Assembly: GCA_964016885.1 (NCBI GenBank)
Contig: OZ024759.1
Span: forward strand, 32,550,001 to 32,614,000
From: Eledone cirrhosa
Lineage: Eukaryota
DNA: 64,000 bases
Reading direction: 5' to 3'
Shown here: positions 1-11,248 of the stretch, piece after piece
How the letters are laid out: the number at the start of each line of letters is the position of its first letter
Numbering within the stretch: the stretch's first letter is position 1
Made by a program: the position numbers and the translations under genes
The notes under the pieces: model-generated
What the model saw: only the letters and a program-made list of their open reading frames with translations
Databases searched by the model: none
What the model was told of the DNA's origin: nothing

Positions 1-199
1 ATACTTATGGTAGCAATTGTTTTGACCACTGGTTGGATGAGAAAGCAGACTGACCACTCATGATGTATAGGGAAACTGTTGTGTGATTTGTTGTCAGATG
101 TGACCAGAGACTGGTCAACAGCACAGTTAAGTGGTTTGTTGATTGAATCTAATCACTGTGGTCATTAGTCTAACATATTGACCTCACACACATTGTAGC

Positions 200-750
200 T
201 ATGTCTGTCTCTATGTCTGTCTGTTTGCATGTCTGTCTGTCTGTCTGACTATTTGTCTGTATGTCTGTCTGCCTGACTGGCTGACTGGCTGTCTGTCTGT
301 TTGGCTGTCTGCATGTATGTATATATATGTCTGTCTGTATGTATATCTGTCTGTCTGTCTGTATGTATATGGATCTGTCTGTCTGTCTGTCTGTATGTAT
401 GTATATATATGTCTGTCTGTATGTATATCTGTCTGTCTGTCTGTATGTATATAGATCTGTCTGTCTGTCTGTCTGTCTGTCTGTATGTATGTATGTATGT
501 ATGTATATCTGTCTGTCTGTATGTATATGGATCTGTCTGTCTGTCTGTCTATGTATATATACGTCTGTCTGTCTGTATGTATGTACACCTGTGTCTGTCT
601 GTATGTATATCTGTCTGTCTGTCTGTATATAGATCTGTCTGTCTGTCTGTATGTATGTATGTATGTATATATATATGTCTGTCTGTATGTACACCTGTGT
701 CTGTCTGTATATACATTCGTCTGTATGTATGTATGTACATCTGTATGTAT
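200..750. repeat. compound (TGTC)n/(TATG)n microsatellite
   Basis: Directly visible tetranucleotide runs; the overlapping ORFs are artefacts. Confidence 0.95.
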
Positions 751-1330
751 CATGTATCCCAGTACAACCTGTCTCATGGTCGGGTCGTTGGCGACTAAAC
801 TGGCAACCCAACCAAGGTTTCTTGGTGAGGAGGGTGACTTTGGACATCCTGCAGGACTAAAAACAAAACCTGTCAAATGGCAAAGGAGCTCTTAAGAGTC
901 AATGGCCATCCAAAATGACTGGGAGAGATGACCCCTTAGCCTTTGTCAAGGCAGAATTCTAGGAGAAGGAAAACTCTGATATAACACCTGCAACCCTGAT
1001 GGTATCCAATGATGTTGACTTGTTCTTCTTTTTGGTAAATATCATCTTGGTTAAGAGAGTGGGACTGGCTTTGTGCAGTGCCTTTGCTCACTATAAAAGC
1101 TTCACGGCACAGGCATTGTTTTATATCTGGAGATCTCTCTGCACTTGCCGTCACATGGTACCATAGGCCCAGCACTATGTGTCAATAATTGTCACAAGTG
1201 TAGTGTTTGTACCAGAGTTTTCAAGTCGCTGGCTGGACTAAAAAGTCACACTCGTTCAGCGCATCGGTAGGGGTTCTCCTATATGGATATAAAGTAGTGG
1301 CCGTACTCGAAAACGAGTTGGCAGCCACCA
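751..1330 (+). mobile_element. ~580 bp dispersed repeat, unclassified (possibly non-LTR retroelement-derived)
   Basis: Near-identical to 21885-22463; a diverged relative of its 5' part lies on the minus strand at ~19222-19390. Confidence 0.75.
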
Positions 1331-1346
1331 CATCTGTATGTATGTA

Positions 1347-1422
1347 TTGGGTCGTCAAGTACGAAATTTGTAGAAATTTGTTTCTTTTTCTAAAAGTTTC
1401 TACAAATTTCATTCTTGACGAC

Positions 1423-1426
<4 letters not shown>
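1347..1426. mobile_element. 80 bp Tc1/mariner-type MITE
   Basis: TIRs TTGGGTCGTCAAG...CTTGACGACCCAA flanked by TA; almost wholly palindromic; second copy at 5420-5498. Confidence 0.8.
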
Positions 1427-1469
<43 letters not shown>

Positions 1470-1501
1470 AGAACAAAAGATGGTTAAAAGAGTTCCATGT
1501 A

Positions 1502-1568
1502 TTTTATTATGCGCATTTCAAAAACAAATATCATCATGCAATAATATTTGTGTTTTCATCAGATAAAA
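1502..1568 (-). ncRNA. type I hammerhead ribozyme, family B, in Penelope-pLTR-like unit ~1460-1735
   Basis: Minus strand TTTTAT-CTGATGA-long stem II-GAAA-TGCGCA-TA^ATAAAA: canonical core, 6 bp stem I, palindromic ATGCGCAT stem/loop III. Confidence 0.85.
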
Positions 1569-1990
1569 CATGAAGACATGATATGAAGGTTAAAAAACAC
1601 TTGTGGATAGTTCAGTTTTAAATCAAATCTTTTGTTCTTATATATTATGTATACTCCAGTCCTACAAACTGTAGAGTGCTTATTATCCGATATCTGCATT
1701 GCTTTATTGTACTACAATAAAACTCACCTCCTCCATATATATATATATATATATATACACAAAAAAGAGAAATAGGACGAAGGTAAACAGTTACAAAAGG
1801 ATTTAATCCACGTATTAACAATTGTTTCATCAGAATTTCAGTCCATTATTGCTACACTATGTCATAATAGGCAATCAAGAAAGATACTGTGGCAGAATCC
1901 CTACCAACCTGTCGAGTCACCTCAACGTATGTTGATAACTTTCCTCACAACTTGTTCTACCAATCTTTGGAATACTCCTATTTACTAACC

Positions 1991-2320
1991 TAGTGGTTAG
2001 AGCATTGGCCTTGCAATCGAAAGGTTGTGAGTTCAATTCTCAGACCGGGTGATGTGTTGTTTCCTTGAGCAAGACACTTTATTTCACATTGCTCCAGTTT
2101 ACTCAGCTGTAGAAATGAGATGATAGGGACTGGGGTCCCTATCATTCCACTGCAAAGTGGACGTGTAGGTGCCACGGCAAAAAAGCACCCAGCACTCACT
2201 GTAAATGAGGTTGGTGTTAGGAAGGGCATCCAGCTGTAGAAATCAAGCCAGAATCAGTTCCCGTCCCACCCTTGCAAGCAGGGAAAAAGCGGACGTAAAA
2301 TGAAATGATGATAAATGAAA

Positions 2321-2322
<2 letters not shown>
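1991..2322 (+). mobile_element. tRNA-derived SINE family 1 with RTE-like 3' tail
   Basis: Partial A box TAGTGGTT, B box GAGTTCAATTC, CCTTGAGCAAGACACTTT body, (TGA)n-like tail; other copies 4321-4661, 34085-34290, 44188-44520. Confidence 0.85.
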
Positions 2323-2364
<42 letters not shown>

Positions 2365-2370
2365 ACACAC

Positions 2371-2430
2371 AGTTCGGGTCTAGCTGTCGAAACGGCCGGA
2401 GCTCAGCCGTCGGGGTTCTGACTATTTCCC
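2371..2430 (+). repeat. family G fragment (Penelope-pLTR-like, hammerhead 3' half only)
   Basis: CTAGCTGTCGAAACGGCCGGAGCTCAGCCGTCGGGG; related copies at 5586, 28210, 39131, 40704, 61328. Confidence 0.6.
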
Positions 2431-2519
<89 letters not shown>

Positions 2520-2540
2520 CTATGTATATATATATATATT

Positions 2541-2755
2541 CAATCGATCGACTTTCGTCAAATCAGACCGAGGAAACAATGTTTCCGTTGGTCTTTCCAG
2601 TTGCTAGTACTATCTATCGGTCGCAACTCCAGGTAGAAGGAGCAACGTGAAATAAAGTATCTTACTCAAGGACATAACGCATCGCCTGGTCCGAGAATCG
2701 ATCTCTCAACCTCACGATTGCGAATCCAATTCTCTAACCACTCAGCCACACGCCT

Positions 2756-2759
<4 letters not shown>
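2541..2759 (-). mobile_element. tRNA-derived SINE family 2
   Basis: Reverse complement of 14638-14851; A-box and B-box-like head. Confidence 0.85.
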
Positions 2760-2814
<55 letters not shown>

Positions 2815-2847
2815 CTATGTATATATATATATATATATGTGTGTGTG

Positions 2848-2916
<69 letters not shown>

Positions 2917-2917
2917 A

Positions 2918-2953
<36 letters not shown>

Positions 2954-3302
2954 CAAAGATCGGAATTAAGAGTATTCCGCAGTTCACTGTAATAATAATA
3001 ATAATATTAGCTCAAAGAAGAATAGAGAATTTTCTTCTGAGCTCAATTGCAAATATATTACACAAAGAGAAGTGTGTTACACAGTGAGATGTGTGTAAAG
3101 AATTATTACAAGTGTGTTTTACCGTTACTGTATAGAGAACAATATCTACAGGTTTAGTAATTAGATAGAAAAAAACTAAGTCAGAATCAAATCTCGAAAT
3201 TAGAGTTTTAAATTACCAAACTTATAACTATAGGTTTGTTGATACGAATCTAGTTCGTTTCATATATATAGATAGATGTGTGTGTGTGTGTATATATATA
3301 TG

Positions 3303-3382
<80 letters not shown>

Positions 3383-3385
3383 GAT

Positions 3386-3461
<76 letters not shown>

Positions 3462-3521
3462 ATACATATATATATATGTGTGTGTATATATATATATATA
3501 CATATATGTGTGTGTGTGTGT

Positions 3522-4290
3522 CATCATCATCATCATCATCATCACCGTTTTACGTCCGTTCTTCCACGCTAGCATGGGTTAGACGGGTTGTCCTGTTGTG
3601 GGCAGTGTCTGGTCGGCTGACCATGCCTTGCTCATACAGGAACTGATCTGGCTTGATTTCTACAGCTGGATGCCCTTCCTAACACCAACCTCATTTACAG
3701 TGAGTGCTGGGTGCTTTTTCGTGGCGCCTACACGTCCACTTTACAGTGTGGGCTGGGTGCTTTTTTGCCGTGGCACCTCCACGACCACCTTGCGGTGGGG
3801 GGGGGGGGGGGCATATTGTCTATATGCTTCAGCATGTACCCATGGGAGGTCGGGTACCCTGTATTACTGCGTGACGCCAGAAGTCACGGTCGTGTGTCAT
3901 TGACTTTGAGAGGTGTAGTTGGGTAAGGTCGGCTTTTATCACCTCATCCCAAGTCATCTTGGGTCTCCCCACTCCGCGGTTTCCATCAACTTCTAGTGCT
4001 CTGCACCTTTTTATGCAGCTGTCATCCTTCATACGCATCACATGTCCATACCAGCGTAACCGCCTCTCCTGCACGCAGCATTTGATTCCTCTTATGCTCA
4101 GTCTCTCTCTCAATTCATTTATGCTTTGTCGTTCACGTATATTACTGTTACACATCCATCGGAGCATGCAGGCTTCGTTTCTCTCTAATCTACGTAAGTC
4201 TTCCACCTTCAGCGCCCAGGTCTCACTACCATGCAACATCGCTGTTCGGATACACGCATCATACAGTCTGCCTTTCATTCTGAGGGAGAA
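3522..4290 (-). mobile_element. 5'-truncated RTE-clade LINE (ORF C-terminus, 3' UTR, (GAT)n tail)
   Basis: Peptide [19 protein letters not shown]...[12 protein letters not shown]...GRPKMTW, typical of the RTE C-terminus. Confidence 0.9.
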
Positions 4291-4320
4291 GTATATATAT
4301 ATATACATATATATATATAT

Positions 4321-4661
4321 GGAGGCACATGGCTTAGTGGTTAGAGCATTGGCCTTGAAATCGAAAGGTTGTGAGTTCAATTCTCAGACCGGGTGATGTG
4401 TTGTTTCCTTGAGCAAGACACTTTATTTCACATTGCTCCAGTTTACTCAGCTGTAGAAATGAGATGATAGGGACTGGGGTCCCTATCATTCCACTGTAAA
4501 GTGGTCGTGGAGGTGCCACGGAAAAAAAGCACCCAGCACTCACTGTAAATGAGGTTGGTGTTAGGAAGGGCATCCAGCTGTAGAAATCAAGCCAGAATCA
4601 GTTCCCGTCCCACCCTTGCAAGCAGGGTAAAGTGGACGTAAGATGATGATGATGATGATGA
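4321..4661 (+). mobile_element. tRNA-derived SINE family 1, full length
   Basis: A box TGGCTTAGTGGTT, B box GAGTTCAATTC, tail shared with RTE 3' UTR, (GAT)n end. Confidence 0.9.
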
Positions 4662-4664
4662 TTT

Positions 4665-5212
<548 letters not shown>

Positions 5213-5419
5213 TGGATCGTTGGGAGAGACCATTGTCATGATACGGACATATATTGCAATTTGGGAACTAACATTTTAGTGTGTCTCAAATGTACAACTC
5301 CCTCAATTCAGACATTCCAGCCATCAATAACACCATGGAGACACCAAATAAATCTAGGGGCCTTTTCACCTTATGTTAAAAATACCGTAATCATCAACCT
5401 CACTATATGTCTGTATATA

Positions 5420-5498
5420 TTGGATGGTCAAGTATGAAATTTGTAGAAACTTGTTTTTTTTCTACAAAGTTCTACAAATTTCATACTTGACGACCGAA
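5420..5498. mobile_element. 80 bp mariner-type MITE, second copy
   Basis: Same TIRs as 1347-1426, TA flanks. Confidence 0.8.
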
Positions 5499-5507
5499 TA
5501 TATATAT

Positions 5508-5586
<79 letters not shown>

Positions 5587-5643
5587 GTTCGGATCTAGCT
5601 GTCGAAACGGCCGGAGCTCAGCCGTCGGGGTCCTGACTATTTT

Positions 5644-5686
<43 letters not shown>

Positions 5687-5718
5687 AGATCAAAAGATGG
5701 TTAAAGGAGTTCCATGTA

Positions 5719-5785
5719 TTTTATTATGCGCATTTCAAAAACAAACATCATCATGCAATAATATTTGTGTTTTCATCAGATAAAA
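5719..5785 (-). ncRNA. type I hammerhead ribozyme, family B (fold-back unit 5680-5977)
   Basis: Same core and stems as 1502-1568. Confidence 0.85.
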
Positions 5786-5973
5786 CAGGAGAACATGATA
5801 TGAAGGCTAAAAAACACTTGTGGATAGTGCAGTTTTAAATCAACATAAAATACATGGAACTCCTTTAACCATCTTTTGATCTTATATTATGTATACTCCA
5901 GTCCTACAAACTGTAGAGTGCTTCTTATCCAATATCTGCATTGCCTTATTGTACTACAATAAAACTCACCTCC

Positions 5974-6015
<42 letters not shown>

Positions 6016-7224
6016 TTTACATATATATATATACATACACATACATATACGTGTTTTGGTTATTTGTTGAAGATTCCTTCATAGAAGCCTCATTCGTAAA
6101 GCCTGGTCTATTCGATTTTTTATATAGTTAATTATGCTAATTGGGAGAGGAAATAGTATATATTTTATCTTGTGATTCTATAGACATGTTTTATGATATA
6201 TATATATATATATATATATAGTAATAATAATAAATTTGAAGACTAAAATCCAAAGAGGGCTCGATAAGGATAAATATATATCAAATATATAAGAACCGTA
6301 GAGCAAATATTTATTATACTTTAATCTGTTATTTTAATAAATATATAATATATATACATATAAATATGTATATATATATAAGTATGTATACGTACATACA
6401 TAAATGTATACAGACGTACAGTAGTATGTATATATATATATATATATATATTTACATGCACACATATATATATGTACGTATGGATTCACCGAACATTTAT
6501 TATAATGCTCGGTGTGTTTGTAAAAAAACATCCCGAATTAAGCCGTACAGTGTTTAGCAACCATCGTTGTTCATTTGTTCAACACTGACAAAGGAACGCT
6601 GTACTAGTTTCAAGCTTATTAGCTTTCGTCAGCAACGTATACCTTCCTGCCAGATGGTTGAACGTCTGAAAGTATATACTTTCCTTATGCATATTAACGG
6701 CTGAGCATGTATATATATATATAGTATATAAATAAGTAATAATGAAACCATTTCATTCCTAGAACCACATCTCTACGGAACAAACTGACTATGGATTGCT
6801 ATCATAGTGGCTACAACATGGACCCCTTTTTAAGAAAAGGGTCAATGTATACATCTCCATAACATAATTTCATCCCAACTGCAGTTCATTTTTACTCATT
6901 TTTGTGATTTTCTCCACGTTCATTCTGTCATGATACCCATAACCTTGAGTGGTTTTAAAGTCTTGTTATGTGGTGACCCTTTGGTACATAAAAATAGAGT
7001 CCGTATATGGACTTAACCTGTCACACATTGTCACGACGGATCACCCTAAGAACTACGTTAAAATCACACCTTTCTGCAGAAGTCTCAGTCACTTGCACGT
7101 TTATTCCACGGGGAGGCTGTTCCATTCATAAAACAGCTGGAACACTGAACGTCGAAACTGACGGAGACCCACTCCAGTTCCGTTTCGTGTTGTTTAAACA
7201 GTTATACCCTAACATACATATAAA

Positions 7225-7362
7225 GTGAGACGCTGAATTGACAGAGGAGACGTTAGAACGTCGGAGAGAATGATTTGCGGTATTCGTTCCGACTCGCTGA
7301 GTTTGATAAACTCGCTGAGATCAACTTTGTCTTTCATCGTACCAGTCAAGTACTGAGATCGA
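7225..7362 (+). mobile_element. degenerate SINE family 3
   Basis: GAGTTTGATAAACTCGCTGAGATCAACTTTGTCTTTCATC resembles the family 3 B box and body. Confidence 0.55.
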
Positions 7363-7445
7363 TTCTTTCTCACTTCTTCTCTATCACACACTCTCTCTCT
7401 TTCTCTTTCTCAACAAAAAAAAAACTCCCAACAAAATCGGTTCTG

Positions 7446-8363
7446 TTCAGATTTGGTGATGGTATTAGCTCTCCTACGTTAAAAAAAACTCCCCAAGACA
7501 CTTTGTATGTCACTACGGTACTCCTACGATTCAGATTTGGTGATGGTATTAGCTCTCCTACGTTAAAAAGACTCCCCAAGACACTTTGTATATCACTACG
7601 GTACTCCTACGATTCAGATTTGGTGATAGTATTAGCTCTCCTACGTTAAAAAAACTCCCCAAGACACTTTGTATGTCACTACGGTACTCCTACGATTCAG
7701 ATTTGGTGATGGTATTAGCTCTCCTACGTTAAAAAAAACTCCCCAAGACACTTTGTATGTCACTACGGTACTCCTACGATTCAGATTTGGTGATGGTATT
7801 AGCTCTCCTACGTTAAAAAGACTCCCCAAGACACTTTGTATATCACTACGGTACTCCTACGATTCAGATTTGGTGATAGTATTAGCTCTCCTACGTTAAA
7901 AAAACTCCCCAAGACACTTTGTATGTCACTACGGTACTCCTACGATTCAGATTTGGTGATGGTATTAGCTCTCCTACGTTAAAAAGACTCCCCAAGACAC
8001 TTTGTATATCACTACGGTACTCCTACGATTCAGATTTGGTGATGGTATTAGCTCTCCTACGTTAAAAAAACTCCCCAAGACACTTTGTATGTCACTACGG
8101 TACTCCTACGATTCAGATTTGGTGATGGTATTAGCTCTCCTACGTTAAAAAGACTCCCCAAGACACTTTGTATGTCACTACGGTACTCCTACGATTCAGA
8201 TTTGGTGATGGTATTAGCTCTCCTACGTTAAAAAGACTCCCCAAGACACTTTGTATATCACTACGGTACTCCTACGATTCAGATTTGGTGATGGTATTAG
8301 CTCTCCTACGTTAAAAAAACTCCCCAAGACACTTTGTATGTCACTACGGTACTCCTACGATTC
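7446..8363. repeat. minisatellite, 11 x 83-84 bp
   Basis: Unit TTCAGATTTGGTGATGGTATTAGCTCTCCTACGTT(A)nCTCCCCAAGACACTTTGTATGTCACTACGGTACTCCTACGA, starts at 7446, 7530, 7613, 7696 ... 8278. Confidence 0.95.
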
Positions 8364-8858
8364 CACTAGGAATTACCGGTCATATTAAAGTGGAAAATAT
8401 TATAGTTAACTTGGGAGAATCTAAATAAGTCAACCAGAGTAGTATACCCTGTCCAAGGGTACGTAACTCTAGTTGTCTTAACCGGACATTACACACCAGA
8501 TTGATATAATGCCGGTATGTATTTTAGTCAAGTCTTTATTTTATCGATTTCTATTCACCGAATAGGTAAGGTACCTCTTGACACCACACCAATAAACAGA
8601 CAGAGGGTTTGTATTAACGTGTGGTAGAATGGAGAGGAGTTGGCTATCCGTTGGTGCGAGCCTCGCCAGGTGGAGTTGCTGTTCATGCACGCGCTTCCCC
8701 TCGCTGGCCCCAGGAGCAATGTATTCTCGATCCTGCTGGCAGGGATCCAGAAGCGGAGGGTAAGTTAGTTGGTAGTGGAGGATACTCGTTCGTGTATTGA
8801 ATGCTCTTTTAACTGTTGCACTAACTATTAAAGTAGATAGAGAAGTAGAGATATATTA

Positions 8859-8967
8859 CAGGGTGTCCCCCAAAAATGTAAACACAAAGGCTGTGCATTC
8901 TAATAAATACATTATATTACCTGTACAGGTAATATAAGTGTGTATACATTTTTTGGAAACGCACTGT
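8859..8967. mobile_element. Tc1/mariner-type MITE (CAGGGTGTCCC TIR family)
   Basis: TA-CAGGGTGTCCCCCAAAA left end, degenerate right end; relatives at 27350, 34962, 59647, 60088, 62561. Confidence 0.65.
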
Positions 8968-9063
8968 TTATATATATATAAGTTATTCCCGGTTGAATCG
9001 GGGGTTAACCACAGTAAGTAAGGTACTCAATACATAGCAGAGTATAAATGTTTTAATATAGAT

Positions 9064-9116
9064 GAGCTTCTACAGGACTAGAACTGTTTCATTCGTGAGA
9101 AATCATCAGGAAGCTC
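9064..9116 (-). ncRNA. type I hammerhead ribozyme, family A
   Basis: GAGCTTC-CTGATGA-TTTCTCACGAAT-GAAACAG-TTCTAGTC-CTGTA^GAAGCTC: 7 bp stem I, 4 bp stem III, GUA cleavage triplet; inverted core copy at 9117-9162. Confidence 0.9.
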
Positions 9117-9160
9117 CTGATGATTTCTCACGAATGAAACAGTTCTAGTCCTGTAGAAGC

Positions 9161-9378
9161 TCTTATATATATAAAAGCAAGTCGGTCTGTGTGTGTATAT
9201 GTATGTCTGTGTACAAATACTAGGCTCCTTTTAACTTTTGAAGTACTAGGCCGATTTGGCTAGCCCATTAGCTGACATAAGCTGACATGCACTCAGAAAT
9301 TGCTAGCTAAGCCATAAACGACCTTGAACAATTCAGGCTGTCATTCATTTCCCGAGCAACGCCGGGTACATCTGCTAG
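9161..9378 (+). mobile_element. non-autonomous Helitron
   Basis: 5' TC then TATATATATAAAAGC; 3' subterminal hairpin CCCGAGCAACGCCGGG followed by CTAG|T. Confidence 0.75.
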
Positions 9379-9771
9379 TATATATATAATAGAAGGTTTC
9401 GCCGTGTTTTTGACTAAAGAAATTTTAGCCTGATAGTGGGGGATTAGAACCCTTTAAGAAATGAAAAAAGATGAGTATTGACGTTCGCATCCCATATACT
9501 CTATCGAGTAACGTTAGATTAAATCGAAAGTCGATTAAATTTACCCTAGTGTATTACTGGTACTTTATTTTATTGACCCCGTAAGGATGTCAATACACAA
9601 ACATATATATATATATACGATATTAATAAATGGAAACTATATTTATAAAACCATATTTATTTCATTATATATATTTCAAGGACTTCCTGGTTGGACTATC
9701 CAGGAAGCTCCAACCGTTGAGGTTGTCTTTTTTTTCCGGGTATGTCAATATTTATTTATAAAACAAATCTG

Positions 9772-9837
9772 TATTTTATCTGATGAAAGCGCACCATGGT
9801 TTGCCTTGGTTGCCCTTGAAATATATATAATGAAATA
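9772..9837 (+). ncRNA. type I hammerhead ribozyme, family C (fold-back unit ~9618-9968)
   Basis: TATTTTAT-CTGATGA-AAGCGCACCA..TGGTTGCCCTT-GAAA-TATATA-TA^ATGAAATA. Confidence 0.85.
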
Positions 9838-10009
9838 AATATGGTTTTATAAATATAGTTTCCATTTATTAATATCGTATGTTTACTCCAAATATTTGTT
9901 GAGTGCTTTATATCAGTTATAAAAATATTTGCTGGTTGTATCCCAACAATTTAAATAGAACTTTTACATATATATATATATTTATTTATTTATTAAAATA
10001 ACAGATTAA

Positions 10010-10059
10010 AGTTAAACAAAGAATCGCTGCTTTCACCCTTAACGGGATCTTCTGAAACT
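10010..10059 (-). ncRNA. hammerhead-like motif with U4A core (CAGAAGA)
   Basis: Same family as 26553-26603, with slightly weaker stems I and III. Confidence 0.5.
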
Positions 10060-10499
10060 AACAAAGTCAATCTGTGAACGCAGAAATGAATATTTCAAAA
10101 AACGTTGCAACCGAAGGAAGACAGGAAGACGATACTTTGGTTCGTGGAAACATTCCCTTCACAAAACATACAGGTATGGATTTTAGTCTTCAAATTTATT
10201 ATTATTACTATATATATATCACAGAAAAAAAGAGAACATATTACAATTGTTTCTCTGGCTACCACCTCGAGGAACGATCGATGTGATGATCGAACCTGAC
10301 TCTGAAAATCGCAAGGTCCTCAAATACGTCTTGATTCTACGAAGCAGATTTTCCTATGTCCTTTTGCATCGATATACTTCGCTTGCATATAAACATACGC
10401 ACGCTTATATATAAACATACACAAACACACATATATGTATACATACACACATACACACATACACACACACACACACACATATATATACATACACACAAA

Positions 10500-10860
10500 T
10501 ATATATATATATATCCAGAACGTAAAGGGTCGTAACTCTATGCTGCAAAAAATGATGTCCAACACTCTACCGATTCTACCAACCCAATAATATATATATA
10601 TATATATATATATACATACACACACACAAATATATATATATATCCAGAACGTAAAGGGTCGTAACTCTATGCTGCCAAATACGATGTCCGACACTCTACC
10701 GATTCTACCAACCCAATAATATATATATATACATACACACAAATATATATATATATATATATCCAGAACGTAAAGGGTCGTAACTCTATGCTGCCAAAAA
10801 TGATGTCTGACACTCTACCGATTCTACCAACCCAATAATATATATATATATATACATACA
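10500..10860 (-). repeat. 3 tandem ~125 bp units of SINE family 3 head plus (TA)n
   Basis: CCAGAACGTAAAGGGTCGTAACTCTATGCTG...CTCTACCGATTCTACCAACCC occurs three times. Confidence 0.85.
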
Positions 10861-11186
10861 CACATGCACTAACGTTTTTATTTACAAACTTGGAGGAAGA
10901 AGGGAGTCAATACAAAAAAATGTGTTGTTTCCATTTTTAAAATGGAAACTTCACATCTTACAATGAGATGGTTTCACATTCCCCCCCCCCCCCTTCATCT
11001 CTCTTCACACACACACCCACACACACAGAGTTACTTGAGCAATGGAAATGTGAAACCTGCAGTTTCTACTTTTGTGTCAGCTTCAATAATGATTTCTTTA
11101 TCGTCATCACAACGTGTATGTGTGTATATATATATATATATATGCATACATGCATGTATTTATGTATGTGAACATATATACGTATG

Positions 11187-11248
<62 letters not shown>

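Noticed and set aside
758-803. HDV-like ribozyme (CCAGT/ACTGG pairing, GTCG-TTGG-CGAC hairpin, CTAA)
   Set aside because: No room for proper P1 and P3/L3; pairing is not kept in the relative at 19222-19390
170-895. Long ORFs rich in YI/CV/HT/QTDR here and across the window
   Set aside because: Translations of dinucleotide and tetranucleotide microsatellites
3236-3262. GAAACGAA-CTAGA-TTCGTA hammerhead 3' half (minus); similar at ~20115-20140
   Set aside because: No CUGANGA half present, so it cannot be called
4321-4395. tRNA genes (also 14638, 16974)
   Set aside because: A/B boxes run into SINE bodies and no complete cloverleaf was seen
7446-8363. CRISPR-like regular array
   Set aside because: Whole 83 bp units repeat with no unique spacers; no cas genes; eukaryotic context
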